Of a DNA stretch of 64,000 nucleotides, positions 9,925 to 19,249 are shown piece by piece. Numbering within the stretch: the stretch's first letter is position 1; each line of letters opens with the position of its first letter. Below the pieces are notes generated by a model. The model had not been told where the DNA came from and made no database searches. It saw nothing but the letters and a program-made list of their open reading frames with translations. This DNA is from Acidimicrobiia bacterium (lineage in GTDB: Bacteria; Actinomycetota; Acidimicrobiia; Spongiisociales; ZC4RG35), in contig JBBDWM010000042.1 of the NCBI GenBank assembly GCA_040902845.1, positions 73,825 to 137,824 of the forward strand, written 5' to 3'. A program made the position numbers and the translations under genes.

Positions 9925-9957
9925 AAGAGGAGAGGCCCTCACCGGTCTCTCCTCTTC
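9925..9957 (-). terminator. terminator hairpin for the anti-sigma gene (GAAGAGGAGAG-loop-CTCTCCTCTTC)
   Basis: Perfect 11-bp inverted repeat just downstream of the stop at 9977. Confidence 0.5.
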
Positions 9958-9976
9958 CGTTCTCCGAGTCAGGCGT

Positions 9977-10591
9977 TCAGCTGGTGAAGGCTTCCTCGAA
10001 GGCTGCGCGCAGCTCCGGGGTGCTCTTTCCGCTGAAACCGCAGTAGTTGACGTTGCCCTCGGTGGCGGTGATCAAGTATTGGCCACCTTCTTCGAAGGCG
10101 AACCCGTCGATCAGCGCTTCCAAGCCCTGGGGCGCGTTGAGCACCACCTGGCTGGCATCACCACCCTTGAACCAGGTGTCAACTTCGAGGGTGACCGCGT
10201 CGCCGTCCACCGAGGCGACGGTTCCCTCAAAGGCAACAGGCATCGGTGCGAGGTACTCGATGCTGAACATGATGCACATCGCCATCGGGTCCTCGCCGCC
10301 GGCGTTCAGCTCGAGTGGGGGGGTCGCCGCGATCGTGTCGCCGCCCCCATCGCCGTCGCCGGAGAGGAGGCCTACGGCGCCGATGGCCACGATGACGACA
10401 GCGGCTGCCGCCACGGCGACCAGCCACGGTCTCTTGCTTGGGGTGCCCGAGGATCCGGGTTGCTCCACATTGGGGCTGCTCATGATTTCCTCCAGAAGTT
10501 GTCGGGACGATTCGGTCGTCACTGGCTCCGTCGGCACATCGGAAGCCATCGGGTCGAGCCGGCTGAGGCGATTGCGCAATTCGTCGGTCAC
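9977..10591 (-). CDS. anti-sigma factor (single-pass membrane protein)
   Basis: 4-nt overlap with the upstream ECF sigma gene. Cytoplasmic N-terminus, one TM helix, extracytoplasmic C-terminal domain. Confidence 0.6.
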   Translation of the reverse strand: MTDELRNRLSRLDPMASDVPTEPVTTESSRQLLEEIMSSPNVEQPGSSGTPSKRPWLVAVAAAAVVIVAIGAVGLLSGDGDGGGDTIAATPPLELNAGGEDPMAMCIMFSIEYLAPMPVAFEGTVASVDGDAVTLEVDTWFKGGDASQVVLNAPQGLEALIDGFAFEEGGQYLITATEGNVNYCGFSGKSTPELRAAFEEAFTS

Positions 10592-11127
10592 GGTCGATGC
10601 TCCTCGGTGTGTCGGTTCCGTTTCTGTCCGTCAACGGAGGAATCCTGTCGGGAGAGCTTCGATTCGAGCTTGGCCTTGGCCCGGGTGAGCCGGAGACTCA
10701 CCGCGTTCGGGGTGGTATCGAGCACCAGTGCGATCTCACGTGGCTCCAACTGCTCCCAGGCCCAGAGTCTGAGTAGCTCCTGATCCGGCTCCGACAACTC
10801 GGAGAGGGCAGCCTCCAATGCGGGATCGTCGACCTCATGGGAAGGCGAGGCGGAAGCCTCGGCGGTGATGCGCTCGACCAGCCGGAGATGACGCTGCGCC
10901 CCTCGACGTTGATTGGCCAGACAGCGTCTCGCCACGCCGTAGCACCAGGGCAGTGGAAGGTCACCTGGGACGTTGTCGAGGCGCCGCCAGATGGTGAGTA
11001 GGACCTCACTGAGGGTATCGGCCGCGTCATCGGGCGTGGCGCGTCGTCGCAGATAACGCTGGAGCGGCTCGTACACCTGAGCGGCGATGAGTTCGAAACG
11101 CTGCCGCCGCTCGATGTCGGAGTTCAC
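10588..11127 (-). CDS. ECF RNA polymerase sigma factor
   Basis: Sigma-70 region 2 and region 4 patterns (ELIAAQVYEPLQRYLRRR, TPNAVSLRLTRAKAKL). Confidence 0.85.
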   Translation of the reverse strand: MNSDIERRQRFELIAAQVYEPLQRYLRRRATPDDAADTLSEVLLTIWRRLDNVPGDLPLPWCYGVARRCLANQRRGAQRHLRLVERITAEASASPSHEVDDPALEAALSELSEPDQELLRLWAWEQLEPREIALVLDTTPNAVSLRLTRAKAKLESKLSRQDSSVDGQKRNRHTEEHRP

Positions 11128-11234
11128 TGGATGATTCTGTCCGGCACAGGGCTGATTCTGTCAGGCCTCAAAGAGAAGCGCTTCGTGAGGGGTAGCCTCG
11201 ACCATTCGAGCATTACAGGTTTGGAGAGATCAAG

Positions 11235-11390
11235 ATGGAAACCGAGCGTGAGAGGGCGGACCGCCAGGAGCGGGAGCGCAAGGAAGAGGGAGAGAAGTAC
11301 GAGCGGGAGCGCAAGGAGGAGGGAGAGCGCAATGAGCGGGAGCGCAAGGAGGAGAGCGAAAGATACGAGCGGGAGCGTAAGGGCACCTAG
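11235..11390 (+). CDS. 51-aa highly charged repeat micro-protein (3 x ERERKEEGEKY)
   Basis: GGAGAG SD 6 nt upstream of the ATG. The frame is kept across a 33-bp tandem repeat. The alternative track ORF 11131-11448 is Arg/Ser-rich junk. Confidence 0.35.
   Translation: METERERADRQERERKEEGEKYERERKEEGERNERERKEESERYERERKGT
11268..11384. repeat. 33-bp tandem repeat x about 3.5 (GAGCGGGAGCGCAAGGAGGAGGGAGAGCGCAAT)
   Basis: Direct reading of the sequence. Repeat units differ only at a few wobble positions. Confidence 0.9.
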
Positions 11391-11406
11391 CCGCCTGGGG
11401 TCAACT

Positions 11407-12273
11407 TCAGCCGCAGACCAACCCGCTGGTGGCGATGGTGGCCTCTAGAACCTCGACCCCTGATTCTCGCAGCGCCCCCGCCACCCGACCCGCCTGATCC
11501 ACCGTGCACAGGGCCAGAACCGAAGGGCCGGCACCCGACCGGGCGGCATGAAGGGCTCCGGCCCGTTTGGCGATCTCAATCAGATCGTTGACCTCGGGAG
11601 ACAACTCGGCCCTCGGAGCCTCGTGGATCTCGTCACCATGTGCCGCGGCCAGGGTTTGGGGGTCCCCCGTGATCAGACCCGCGGTAAGAGCCGCTACTCG
11701 GGCCAGACTTCTCCGAACCAGGTCATGGGCGTGGACGGAGTCGATGACACGACGGGCGTCGTCGGTGGGGAGGTTTCTCTCTGGGATGACCACCACCACC
11801 CTCAGCGTGGGGTGGATCGGCAAGCGAATCGGCATGCCCTCGGCCGGCACCAGGACCAGGCCCCCGTAGACCGCGGCAGCGACGTTGTCGGGATGGCCTT
11901 CGAGCTCGGCGGCGATACGGAAAACATGGTCGGGGTTGGCCTCGTCACCCACTGCCCGCAGGGCGGCGGCAGAACCGGCGACAAAAGCCGCTGCCGACGA
12001 GCCAAGCCCCTTGCCCATGGGGATGCCGGCGTCCACCTCCAACGCCAGCGGCCGATCATCACCTACGACCCGTCGGGCCGCACTCAGCACACCATCACCC
12101 TCACCCGGCGCCGGTCGAAATAGCCCTACGTGATTCACGGTCCAGCTCTCAGCGCGTCGGGCGCTCACCTTGCATCTCATTTCCAGCGCCAGCCCGAGAC
12201 AATCGAACGCCGGCCCCAGATTGGCTGAGGTGGCCGGCGCCGAGGCAAAGCTGACCGATTGCTCCTGAATCAC
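11407..12273 (-). CDS. thrB: homoserine kinase
   Basis: GHMP kinase motif PMGKGLGSSAA and an N-terminal SANLGPAFDCLGLAL pattern. Confidence 0.85.
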   Translation of the reverse strand: MIQEQSVSFASAPATSANLGPAFDCLGLALEMRCKVSARRAESWTVNHVGLFRPAPGEGDGVLSAARRVVGDDRPLALEVDAGIPMGKGLGSSAAAFVAGSAAALRAVGDEANPDHVFRIAAELEGHPDNVAAAVYGGLVLVPAEGMPIRLPIHPTLRVVVVIPERNLPTDDARRVIDSVHAHDLVRRSLARVAALTAGLITGDPQTLAAAHGDEIHEAPRAELSPEVNDLIEIAKRAGALHAARSGAGPSVLALCTVDQAGRVAGALRESGVEVLEATIATSGLVCG

Positions 12274-12298
12274 GAGCGGAGATTATGCAGGGTTACCG

Positions 12299-12526
12299 TT
12301 GACCGAAGTGGGCGACCTCCTCGACATCGAAAACCTGCTCCCTGAGCTGGTGATTGGGCTAGGGCTGGCTTTGCTGGTCGGCAACGGGTTGGCCTGGTGG
12401 AAACATCGCCATGGAGAGACCCCACAAGGAGTGGAGGACGCCCAGTACCGGGCCGGACGGGTGGTGTTCCTGGTCGTCGTCGGGGTGCTGATGACGACCT
12501 GGGGTGCCGTCTCGCTGTTCACCTGA
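12299..12526 (+). CDS. small membrane protein (hypothetical)
   Basis: 75 aa with two hydrophobic helices. No recognisable family. Confidence 0.35.
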   Translation: MTEVGDLLDIENLLPELVIGLGLALLVGNGLAWWKHRHGETPQGVEDAQYRAGRVVFLVVVGVLMTTWGAVSLFT

Positions 12527-12583
12527 GGGTTCTGCCACAGCCCTAGCATCCCGACCTCGAACCCGAGGACGGATCAGGAGCAC

Positions 12584-13549
12584 ATGTCAGCCGGTGGCGG
12601 AACCAGGGCGATCATCGCCGCGATGCTGGCCAACGCCGGAATCGCCCTCGCCAAATTCACCGCCTATCTGGTCACCGGCTCGGCCTCGATGCTGGCCGAA
12701 TCGATCCACTCGGTGGCCGACACCTCGAACCAGGGGTTGCTCCTCCTCGGAGGCAGACAGTCCCGCAAGGTCGCCGACGACCACCATCAGTTCGGATACG
12801 GACGGGAGCGCTATTTCTGGTCGTTCGTGGTGGCGCTGGTGCTGTTCTCCTTGGGTGGGCTCTATTCGATCTACGAAGGGGTCTCCAAGATCCTCTATCC
12901 CCACGAGTTGACGTCGATCGGCTGGGCCATCGGCGTGCTCGTAGTGGCCATCGGATTGGAGACGTTCAGCTTCAGGACCGCCATCGGGGAGGCGCGCAAG
13001 GTCAAAGGCGAGCGAGAGTGGCTGGGCTACATCCGAACCTCCCGCTCCCCCGAGTTGCCGGTGGTACTGCTCGAAGACGCCGGTGCCTTGCTCGGTCTTC
13101 TCTTGGCTCTGACCGGGGTGGGGCTCTACGTGGTCACCGGTGACGAGGTCTGGGATGCGGTCGGGACACTCTGCATCGGCGTGCTGCTGGTGGGAATCGC
13201 CATCTTCCTCACGGTCGAGATGAAATCGCTGCTGATCGGGGAGGCTGCCCTGGACGACCACATCAGGGCGATCGACCAGGCCTTGACGGCCAGCCCTCAC
13301 GTCGTGCGGGTTATCGATCTCCGCACCCAACACATCGGCCCCGAGGAGCTGCTGGTGGCTGCCAAGGTCGAGTTCACGAAGCGCCTGACCAGCCCTCAGC
13401 TGGCGGCCGCAATCGACGTCGCCGAGGCATCGATCCGTAAGGCCCTTCCCTATGCCAGCCGGATCTATCTCGAACCAGACGTGTGGAAGGGAGGGCATGT
13501 CCCCACCTCGGACGGGGCGCCCGGGACCGAGGGCGAGGCTCGTGGGTGA
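12584..13549 (+). CDS. cation diffusion facilitator family transporter (CzcD/ZitB-like)
   Basis: Six TM helices, HSVADTSN motif and a C-terminal cytoplasmic domain. Confidence 0.85.
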   Translation: MSAGGGTRAIIAAMLANAGIALAKFTAYLVTGSASMLAESIHSVADTSNQGLLLLGGRQSRKVADDHHQFGYGRERYFWSFVVALVLFSLGGLYSIYEGVSKILYPHELTSIGWAIGVLVVAIGLETFSFRTAIGEARKVKGEREWLGYIRTSRSPELPVVLLEDAGALLGLLLALTGVGLYVVTGDEVWDAVGTLCIGVLLVGIAIFLTVEMKSLLIGEAALDDHIRAIDQALTASPHVVRVIDLRTQHIGPEELLVAAKVEFTKRLTSPQLAAAIDVAEASIRKALPYASRIYLEPDVWKGGHVPTSDGAPGTEGEARG

Positions 13550-13609
13550 GGTTTCCCCTGGCCCCGACAGCCGGTATCGTCCTGTGCTGAACGTGGACGA
13601 CACGGACTC

Positions 13610-13683
13610 GCGGGTGTAGTTCAATGGTAGAACACGAGCTTCCCAAGCTCGGGGCGAGGGTTCGATTCCCTTCACCCGCTCCA
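13610..13683 (+). tRNA. tRNA-Gly (anticodon CCC)
   Basis: Cloverleaf folded by hand: acceptor GCGGGTG/CACCCGC, anticodon loop TTCCCAA, TTCGATT T-loop, CCA encoded. Confidence 0.9.
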
Positions 13684-13685
13684 GA

Positions 13686-14264
13686 ATGATCTTTTCCGAC
13701 AGGTCCATACGAGAGGCGATCGAGAGCGGGGTTATTGTCATCGATCCGTACGAGCCTTCCCACGTCCAGCCCTCTTCGGTGGATCTCCGGGTTGGCAATG
13801 GGTTCCGGGTCTTCGTCAACCATCGTTACAGCCAGATCGACCCCCGGGCCCCCCAATCGGATCTGACCCAATTGGTGGAGGTCGAAGCCGAAGAGCCATT
13901 CATGCTCCACCCCGGCGAGTTCGTGCTCGGCTCCACCCTGGAGCGGATCAAGCTCAGTGACGACCTGGTGGCCCGGCTCGAGGGCAAGTCCTCCCTGGGC
14001 CGTCTCGGATTGCTCATCCACTCCACCGCCGGGTTCATCGATCCCGGGTTCGAAGGTCACATCACCCTTGAGCTCTCCAATGTGGCAACGCTGCCCATCG
14101 CCATCTACCCGGAGATGAAAATCGGCCAGATCAGCTTCTATCGGATGACCACGGCAGCCGAGTTCCCTTACGGCTCGCCTGAGCTGGGATCGAAGTATCA
14201 GGGCCAGAGCGGGCCCACCGCCAGCCGATCTCATCAAGATTTCGATCGATCGGGCACTGACTAG
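13686..14264 (+). CDS. dcd: dCTP deaminase
   Basis: 192 aa of the dUTPase-like fold with typical Dcd motifs ([15 protein letters not shown]). Starts directly after the tRNA. Confidence 0.85.
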   Translation: MIFSDRSIREAIESGVIVIDPYEPSHVQPSSVDLRVGNGFRVFVNHRYSQIDPRAPQSDLTQLVEVEAEEPFMLHPGEFVLGSTLERIKLSDDLVARLEGKSSLGRLGLLIHSTAGFIDPGFEGHITLELSNVATLPIAIYPEMKIGQISFYRMTTAAEFPYGSPELGSKYQGQSGPTASRSHQDFDRSGTD

Positions 14265-14402
14265 CGCGTTTGCGTATAGTTCGATTTAGACCCGTTCTGC
14301 TCGACCCAGGGGGTTCGGGAGGCACAGACTGGGTTTTGGCGCCACGCCCTAATGAGTCCCCCCTCAGGAGCTTCCCCGGCTTCACAGGGCAAGTGGCAAC
14401 CC

Positions 14403-14434
14403 CTCCAAAATGCGGCGACCCCTTGGGTCGCCGC
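14403..14434 (-). terminator. terminator for the rpsF-dnaB operon (GCGGCGACCC-CTT-GGGTCGCCGC + T-tract on the minus strand)
   Basis: Perfect 10-bp stem followed by TTTTGG on the minus strand. Confidence 0.55.
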
Positions 14435-14444
14435 GCGCGAGGGC

Positions 14445-14660
14445 TCAACCGCGCTCGTTTCCCCGCTTGTAGTCGCCGGTGAAGCGGGCCATCACCTGCT
14501 GCGGGTCCAGGGTCGTCACCCGGATAATGAACTTCTTCTTGACCGCATCGCCACGGAGGATCGTCACCTCCACGCCGTGGCGGCTGATCACGATCTCACC
14601 CGACTTCCTAACCTCATAGGAGTACCCGAGATCGGCCGCCAACGCATCTTCCCGGCTCAA
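14445..14660 (-). CDS. hypothetical 71-aa protein translationally coupled to dnaB
   Basis: ATGA overlap with the dnaB stop. Protein-like composition. Last gene before the terminator. Confidence 0.45.
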   Translation of the reverse strand: MSREDALAADLGYSYEVRKSGEIVISRHGVEVTILRGDAVKKKFIIRVTTLDPQQVMARFTGDYKRGNERG

Positions 14661-16012
14661 GAGACATCCCGACCCAGATTGGCGAATCGGGTGAACTCGG
14701 GCTGGAAGGTCATCTCAACGGTCCCGGTGGCGCCGGAGCGATGCTTCTCGATGATGAGCTCGGCGATCCCCTTCTTCTCCTGATCCTCGGGGTGGTAGTA
14801 CTCATGGCGGTAGACGAACATCACCACGTCCGAGTCCTGCTCGATAGCGCCCGACTCACGAAGATCGGAAAGACGAGGACGTCTGTTCTCCCGGGACTCC
14901 ACCGAGCGATTGAGCTGAGAGACGGCGATGATCGGAACCGCGAGCTCCTTCGCCAGGTTCTTCAGGTTTCTGGTGATCTCGGAGATCTCCTGTTGGCGGT
15001 TCTCTCGGGTCGAAGCCTGTAGAAGCTGGAGATAGTCGACAATGACCAGAGACAGCCCACGCTTTCGCTTCAGACGCCGGCATTTGGCCCTGATGTCGGT
15101 CACCGTGACCGACGAGGAGTCGTCGATGAAGATCGGCGCCTTGTACATCTTCCCCGCCGCATCGACAACCCGTTGCCAGAGCGGCCCGAGTTGGCCGTTG
15201 CGAAGCTTCTTGGAATCGACCTGGCCCACCGATGACAGGATCCTCTGAACGATTTCCTCCTTGGACATCTCGAGCGAGAAGATGGCCACCGGCTCCCCCT
15301 TGGCGGCGACGTTGGTGGCGATGTTCAATGCGATGGCCGACTTGCCCATGCCCGGCCTACCGGCAATCACCACCAGGTTCGCCGGCTGGATCCCGGCGAG
15401 CTTCTGGTCGAGGTCGACAAAACCGGTGGCAAGCCCGTTGATCTCCGACCCAAGCTGTTCGAGCGCCTCGATGTGCTCGAGGACGTCACTGAACAATGGC
15501 CCGACCTCGAGCAGGGTCTGTGAGCTGCGTCGCTCGGCGACACCGAGCACTGTCTGCTCGGCGCGGTCGAGGACGATCGCGATTTCTTCGTCGATGTTGA
15601 AGGCGACCTCGGTGACCGACGCCCCGGCCCGGATCAGCTCCCGCCGTTTGCCGTGCTCCTCGACGATCCCGGCGTAGTAGACGATGTTGGACGTGGAGGG
15701 GACTATGTCGACCAGCCGGGTCAGGTAATTGACCCCACCGATCTTCTCCAGCTCCCCACGGCGACGGAGCTCCTCGGAAACCGTGACCGCGTCGATCGCC
15801 TGGTTACCGTCGAACAGCTGTCGCATTGACTCGAAGATGGCCTGATGGGCCGGGATGTAGAAGTCCTCGGGGTGAAGCCGGTCCATCACCTCGTTGACCG
15901 CATCCTCGGAAAGGAGCACCGCCCCGATCACCGATTCTTCCGCCTCACGGGAATGCGGAGGGCTCCGGTAACCGGGCCTCATCTCCGTCTGGTCGGTCAA
16001 GCTGCTCATCAA
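14657..16012 (-). CDS. dnaB: replicative DNA helicase DnaB (no intein)
   Basis: 451 aa with Walker A GRPGMGKS and the DnaB N-terminal domain. Confidence 0.95.
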   Translation of the reverse strand: MMSSLTDQTEMRPGYRSPPHSREAEESVIGAVLLSEDAVNEVMDRLHPEDFYIPAHQAIFESMRQLFDGNQAIDAVTVSEELRRRGELEKIGGVNYLTRLVDIVPSTSNIVYYAGIVEEHGKRRELIRAGASVTEVAFNIDEEIAIVLDRAEQTVLGVAERRSSQTLLEVGPLFSDVLEHIEALEQLGSEINGLATGFVDLDQKLAGIQPANLVVIAGRPGMGKSAIALNIATNVAAKGEPVAIFSLEMSKEEIVQRILSSVGQVDSKKLRNGQLGPLWQRVVDAAGKMYKAPIFIDDSSSVTVTDIRAKCRRLKRKRGLSLVIVDYLQLLQASTRENRQQEISEITRNLKNLAKELAVPIIAVSQLNRSVESRENRRPRLSDLRESGAIEQDSDVVMFVYRHEYYHPEDQEKKGIAELIIEKHRSGATGTVEMTFQPEFTRFANLGRDVS

Positions 16013-16218
16013 CCCTTTTCTACCAACACCGTGGGACAGTTTTCGCGAACCGACGCGTCAAACCCTGACGGGTTAGGGGAAGATCGGCCAGCTTCGGGGG
16101 AAGCCAACGGAACATAGACCACATACGGGCCGTATTCCAAAACTCCGCGAAACACTGTCAAAAGACGCGAATCTTCCCCGAAAACCGCGAAATCAAGGGC
16201 TAAATCGGGATCGCTCAA

Positions 16219-16272
16219 CCGTAATTGGGACGCACAGGTGCCATATACGGACCTGTGGCTCCCAATTAGGGG
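16219..16272. repeat. palindromic MITE/REP-like element, copy 4 (inverted orientation)
   Basis: CCGTAATTGGGA-CGCACAGGTGCCATATACGGACCTGTGGC-TCCCAATTAGGGG. Its reverse complement closely matches the 29591 copy. Confidence 0.8.
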
Positions 16273-16276
16273 TGAC

Positions 16277-16726
16277 CTAAGACGCGGGAATGACGTCGAG
16301 GATGAGGGGGAATTCGACCTCGGGATGAAGCTTGATCTGGATCTCGTGGAGCCCGATCGCCTTGATCGGGGCGGGAAGCACCACGGTCTCACGCTCCAAC
16401 TCGATCCCGGTGAACCTCTTGATCCCCTCGACCACGTCGTGGATCGAGATCGAGCCGTAGAGCCTGCCCTCGTCGCCCGCCTGAGCGGCCAGAACGACCC
16501 TCGTGCCCGCCAGATGGGTGGCGAGATTCTCGGCCTGTTCCCGGGCCCGCTGCTCGGCCTCGATGCGGGCCTCGCGGGTGGCTTCGGCCTGGGCCAAGGA
16601 GCCCTCGCTGGCCTTGACCGCCTTCTTCCTCGGCAGCAGGAAGTTGCGGGCGTATCCCTCCGCAACCTCGACTACGTCACCACGCTTGCCCAGCTCGTTG
16701 ACATCGGAGGTGAGTATCAGCCTCAT
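16277..16726 (-). CDS. rplI: 50S ribosomal protein L9
   Basis: Clear L9 sequence ([21 protein letters not shown]). Confidence 0.95.
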   Translation of the reverse strand: MRLILTSDVNELGKRGDVVEVAEGYARNFLLPRKKAVKASEGSLAQAEATREARIEAEQRAREQAENLATHLAGTRVVLAAQAGDEGRLYGSISIHDVVEGIKRFTGIELERETVVLPAPIKAIGLHEIQIKLHPEVEFPLILDVIPAS

Positions 16727-16995
16727 CGGGTGCTGAGATACGGGAGCAGGGCCATCTCACGGGCGCTCTTGATGGCGACGGCCACCTCACGCTGGTGACG
16801 CGGGCAGTTGCCGTTGACCCGACGCCCACGGATCTTTCCCCGGTCGGATATGTACTTGCGAAGGACCGAGGCGTCCTTCCAGTCGATGAACTCCACCCTT
16901 GCCTTACAAAACGCACAGGGTTTGGGCCGACCCCGGCGCACTTCCATCCCACGACGCCGCTTGGGTCGTGGGTTATTGGTCGATTTGCGTGCCAT
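16723..16995 (-). CDS. rpsR: 30S ribosomal protein S18
   Basis: Clear S18 sequence ([15 protein letters not shown]...[11 protein letters not shown]). Confidence 0.95.
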   Translation of the reverse strand: MARKSTNNPRPKRRRGMEVRRGRPKPCAFCKARVEFIDWKDASVLRKYISDRGKIRGRRVNGNCPRHQREVAVAIKSAREMALLPYLSTR

Positions 16996-17015
16996 CTAGT
17001 TTGAAACTCCTGAAA

Positions 17016-17465
17016 TCAGAACGGGGCCTCGTCGGGCCCGAAGCTGTCACGGGCGACCGGGGCCGGAGGGACGTCGCTGCCCTGGGCAGCGGCGAAATCA
17101 CCACCTCCGGTGCGCGCCGTCTTGTTGACTGTGGCTGTGGCCCACCGCAGAGAGGGGCCGATCTCGTCGATTTGAACTTCGACTACAGATCGCTTGTCCC
17201 CTTGGTCGGTCTCCCAGGTCCGCTGCTCGAGCCGGCCGGTGACGATCACCCGGGCGCCCTTCTGCAGCGACTCGGCGGCGGATTCGGCCTGCTCCCTCCA
17301 CACGGTTCCGGTGAAGAAGCTGGTGTCTTCCTGCCACTCGCCGTCGTTGCCCCGCCAGCGGCGGTTCACCGCCATGCGGATCTTGGCCATTGCGACACCC
17401 GAGGGGGTGAAACGCAGCTCCGGGTCGTCGACAAGGTTGCCGATGAGTGTGACATTGTTCGACAT
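17016..17465 (-). CDS. ssb: single-stranded DNA-binding protein
   Basis: OB-fold N-terminus (VTLIGNLVDDPELRFT), Gly-rich linker and an acidic DEAPF tail. Confidence 0.95.
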   Translation of the reverse strand: MSNNVTLIGNLVDDPELRFTPSGVAMAKIRMAVNRRWRGNDGEWQEDTSFFTGTVWREQAESAAESLQKGARVIVTGRLEQRTWETDQGDKRSVVEVQIDEIGPSLRWATATVNKTARTGGGDFAAAQGSDVPPAPVARDSFGPDEAPF

Positions 17466-17525
17466 TGAGATCTCCTCTTCTCACGTCCACCGACGATCAT
17501 GCCGCGCCGGTGTGACGTATTCCAG

Positions 17526-17813
17526 TCAGCCGCCGAGCCGAACGATCTTGTGTCGAAGCACTTCGTCGGCGAGTGAAAGCATCCGGTCAAGTGAGTCGAC
17601 GGCTCCCGCCTCAGCCTGGAAGTTCACCACCGAGTAATAGCCCTCGGAGAGATGCTCGATCTCGTAGGCGAAGCGACGCTTCCCCCAGAGATCCTTGCTC
17701 TTGACGCTCGCCCCGTGTTCGGAGAGATACGACTCGAGTTCGCCAATCTTGGCGCCGAAGTCGTCCTCTGCAAGATCAGGACGATGAATCGTCATTACTT
17801 CATAGTCGCGCAT
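17526..17813 (-). CDS. rpsF: 30S ribosomal protein S6
   Basis: 95-aa S6 sequence starting MRDYEVMTIH. The longer track ORF is an upstream extension. Confidence 0.9.
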   Translation of the reverse strand: MRDYEVMTIHRPDLAEDDFGAKIGELESYLSEHGASVKSKDLWGKRRFAYEIEHLSEGYYSVVNFQAEAGAVDSLDRMLSLADEVLRHKIVRLGG

Positions 17814-17925
17814 TCGACCTCCTGTGGACATCCGATTCGGAAGGCCCCATCTCTTTGATGGAGCAGGGGTTGCACGCATCCGAACGGCGCGAGACGTCGG
17901 TGCGGTCGCTGAAGTGTATCCGGAT

Positions 17926-18351
17926 TCACCCGTTTGCCCCATTCGGGGCGCCGCTCAGCAGTGCCCCATCTTCGAACTCGTAGACCCCGGCTGGGGTCTC
18001 CAGCACCCAGGAGACATCGCCCGGTGACGCATAGAGGGGGCAGGGCTCGGCAGGACAGGGCGCCATCTCAGCACTCCCGATCAGGGCCCCGTTCTGCTCG
18101 AAGAACCAGATGTCGAGTGGGATCGGCACGTCCAACATCACGTAACGGACCGGGGCCGGAGTCTCGTAGACAAAGAGCATCCCGTCGGCACCGCCCGGGA
18201 TCTCCTCGGCGTCCTTCAAACCGACTTGGCGCTCCTCGGGGCTATCGGCGATCAGTACATCGAGTTGCGTAGCCGAGATCTCGACAGGCACGGCTTCAGA
18301 GCCTTCAACCCGGTCGCCACTACAGGCAGCCACCAGGACGACCCCACACAA
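17926..18351 (-). CDS. DUF192-like lipoprotein
   Basis: Signal peptide with lipobox (VAACSG) and a DUF192-like pattern (GMLFVY...LDIWFF). Confidence 0.55.
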   Translation of the reverse strand: MCGVVLVAACSGDRVEGSEAVPVEISATQLDVLIADSPEERQVGLKDAEEIPGGADGMLFVYETPAPVRYVMLDVPIPLDIWFFEQNGALIGSAEMAPCPAEPCPLYASPGDVSWVLETPAGVYEFEDGALLSGAPNGANG

Positions 18352-18356
18352 GACGC

Positions 18357-19205
18357 TTACCCGGACGACTGGCCCCTCAACAACTCCGCCACCACCTCGT
18401 CAGAGATGTGATAGCTCTCAGCTTCCCCGGGGAACGCACCGGATTGGATGTCGGCAGCAAACCGCTTCAAAGCCTCGATCGACTCCTCCCCCACGCTGGC
18501 ATAGCTGCGCACGAATTTGGCGTGGTGCCCGAGACCGATCCCCAGCACATCGTGATAGACGAGAACCTGACCATCGGTGCTGGGCCCGGCGCCGATGCCG
18601 ATGGTGGGGACGTCGACCTCCTTGGTGATCAACTCGCCAAGGACATCGGGCACCCCCTCGAGCACGATCGAGAAGCAACCCACTTCGGCCAGGGCCCGGG
18701 CATCGTCGATCATCTCACGGGCAGCGTCGACCACTTTGCCCTGCACCTTGAAGCCACCCATTGCATTGACCGACTGGGGAGTGAGGCCGAGATGGCCCAT
18801 GACCGGGATCTCCGCATCGAGGATGCGCTCGATGACGGGAATCCTCTTCCGACCCCCTTCCAGTTTCACCGCCTCGGCGCCACCCTCCTGGACCAGACGG
18901 CCGGCGTTGCGGACCGCATCCTCGGGCGAGATGTGGAAGCTGAGCCAGGGCATGTCGACCACGAACAGGGAAGACGGCTGGGCCCGTCTGACCGCCCGGG
19001 CGTGGACGATCATCTCGTCGAGCCCGATCTCGAGGGTCGTGCTCATGCCGTGGACCACGTTGGCGACCGAATCGCCCACCAGGATGATGTCAAACCCGGC
19101 ACGATCGGCGATCACTGCCGACGGGTAGTCATAGGCGGTGACCATCGTGATCTTGGGCCCACCCTTGCGAGCCCGGATGTCAGGAGCCGTCAGTTTCTTG
19201 GTCAT
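18357..19205 (-). CDS. panB: 3-methyl-2-oxobutanoate hydroxymethyltransferase
   Basis: Typical PanB sequence (MVTAYDYPSA...ILVGDS). Confidence 0.9.
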   Translation of the reverse strand: MTKKLTAPDIRARKGGPKITMVTAYDYPSAVIADRAGFDIILVGDSVANVVHGMSTTLEIGLDEMIVHARAVRRAQPSSLFVVDMPWLSFHISPEDAVRNAGRLVQEGGAEAVKLEGGRKRIPVIERILDAEIPVMGHLGLTPQSVNAMGGFKVQGKVVDAAREMIDDARALAEVGCFSIVLEGVPDVLGELITKEVDVPTIGIGAGPSTDGQVLVYHDVLGIGLGHHAKFVRSYASVGEESIEALKRFAADIQSGAFPGEAESYHISDEVVAELLRGQSSG

Positions 19206-19249
19206 GGTGGGGAAATGGTACTTAGGGGCGCCGGTGCCGGGAGACGGGG

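Noticed and set aside
11131-11448. 105-aa Arg/Ser-rich track ORF over the 33-bp repeat
   Set aside because: Low-complexity composition. The alternative frame gives a clean SD-supported charged repeat peptide.
13550-14264. tRNA-Gly as an integration site for a genomic island
   Set aside because: No integrase, no direct repeat of the tRNA 3-prime end. The downstream gene is the housekeeping dcd, which commonly follows this tRNA.
17814-17925. Loosely repeated ATCCG(A/G)(A/T)TCGG-like motifs upstream of rpsF
   Set aside because: Copies too divergent (ATCCGATTCGG, ATCCGAACGG, ATCCGGATTCA) to distinguish from chance.
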